Below, piece after piece: positions 5,413 to 5,420 of a DNA stretch of 5,420 bases. The translations under genes were made by a program, and so were the position numbers. Position 1 is the stretch's first letter. Each line of letters begins with the position of its first letter. This stretch comes from Chlorokybus atmophyticus (lineage: Eukaryota; Plantae; Mesostigma and Chlorokybus algae): contig RHPI01002495.1 of NCBI GenBank assembly GCA_009103225.1, forward strand, positions 1-5,420, given 5' to 3'. The notes below the pieces were generated by a model. That model was not told where the DNA came from, did no database searches, and saw only the letters and a program-made list of their open reading frames with translations.

Positions 5413-5420
5413 TAAGCAGT

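Noticed and set aside
663-5418. LTR interpretation of the 55-bp direct repeat
   Set aside because: Too short, no TG...CA ends, no PBS or PPT, and no gag/RT/integrase. The enclosed gene is a DNA transposase.

Overview
Eukaryotic DNA with GT-AG introns and CA/CT microsatellites; a green-lineage host is plausible but is only an inference. The window is dominated by one hAT DNA-transposon family of the DUF659/Tag1-like type. It holds a heavily decayed, intron-containing transposase pseudogene on the + strand (~2933/2982-4980), reconstructed by hand: BED-finger remnant, DUF659/RNase H core, CxxH motif, PTMG motif and C-terminal dimerisation domain. The main structural observation is that family members lie head-to-tail: an eroded right end (388-428), a 275-bp mini-element A (437-711), a ~2-kb non-autonomous unit B with non-transposase filler (720-2695) and a ~2.7-kb transposase-bearing unit C (~2701-5412). 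The junctions repeat the pattern CACTGTAT + 8-bp spacer + ATACAGTG (5-nt spacer at the eroded B/C junction; the last junction is cut by the window edge). Each left end carries a dense RGTCAA/TTGACY array, which is the W-box sequence. No intact protein-coding gene is supported, and most ORFs in the supplied track are microsatellite or antisense artefacts. All alignments and translations were done by eye.
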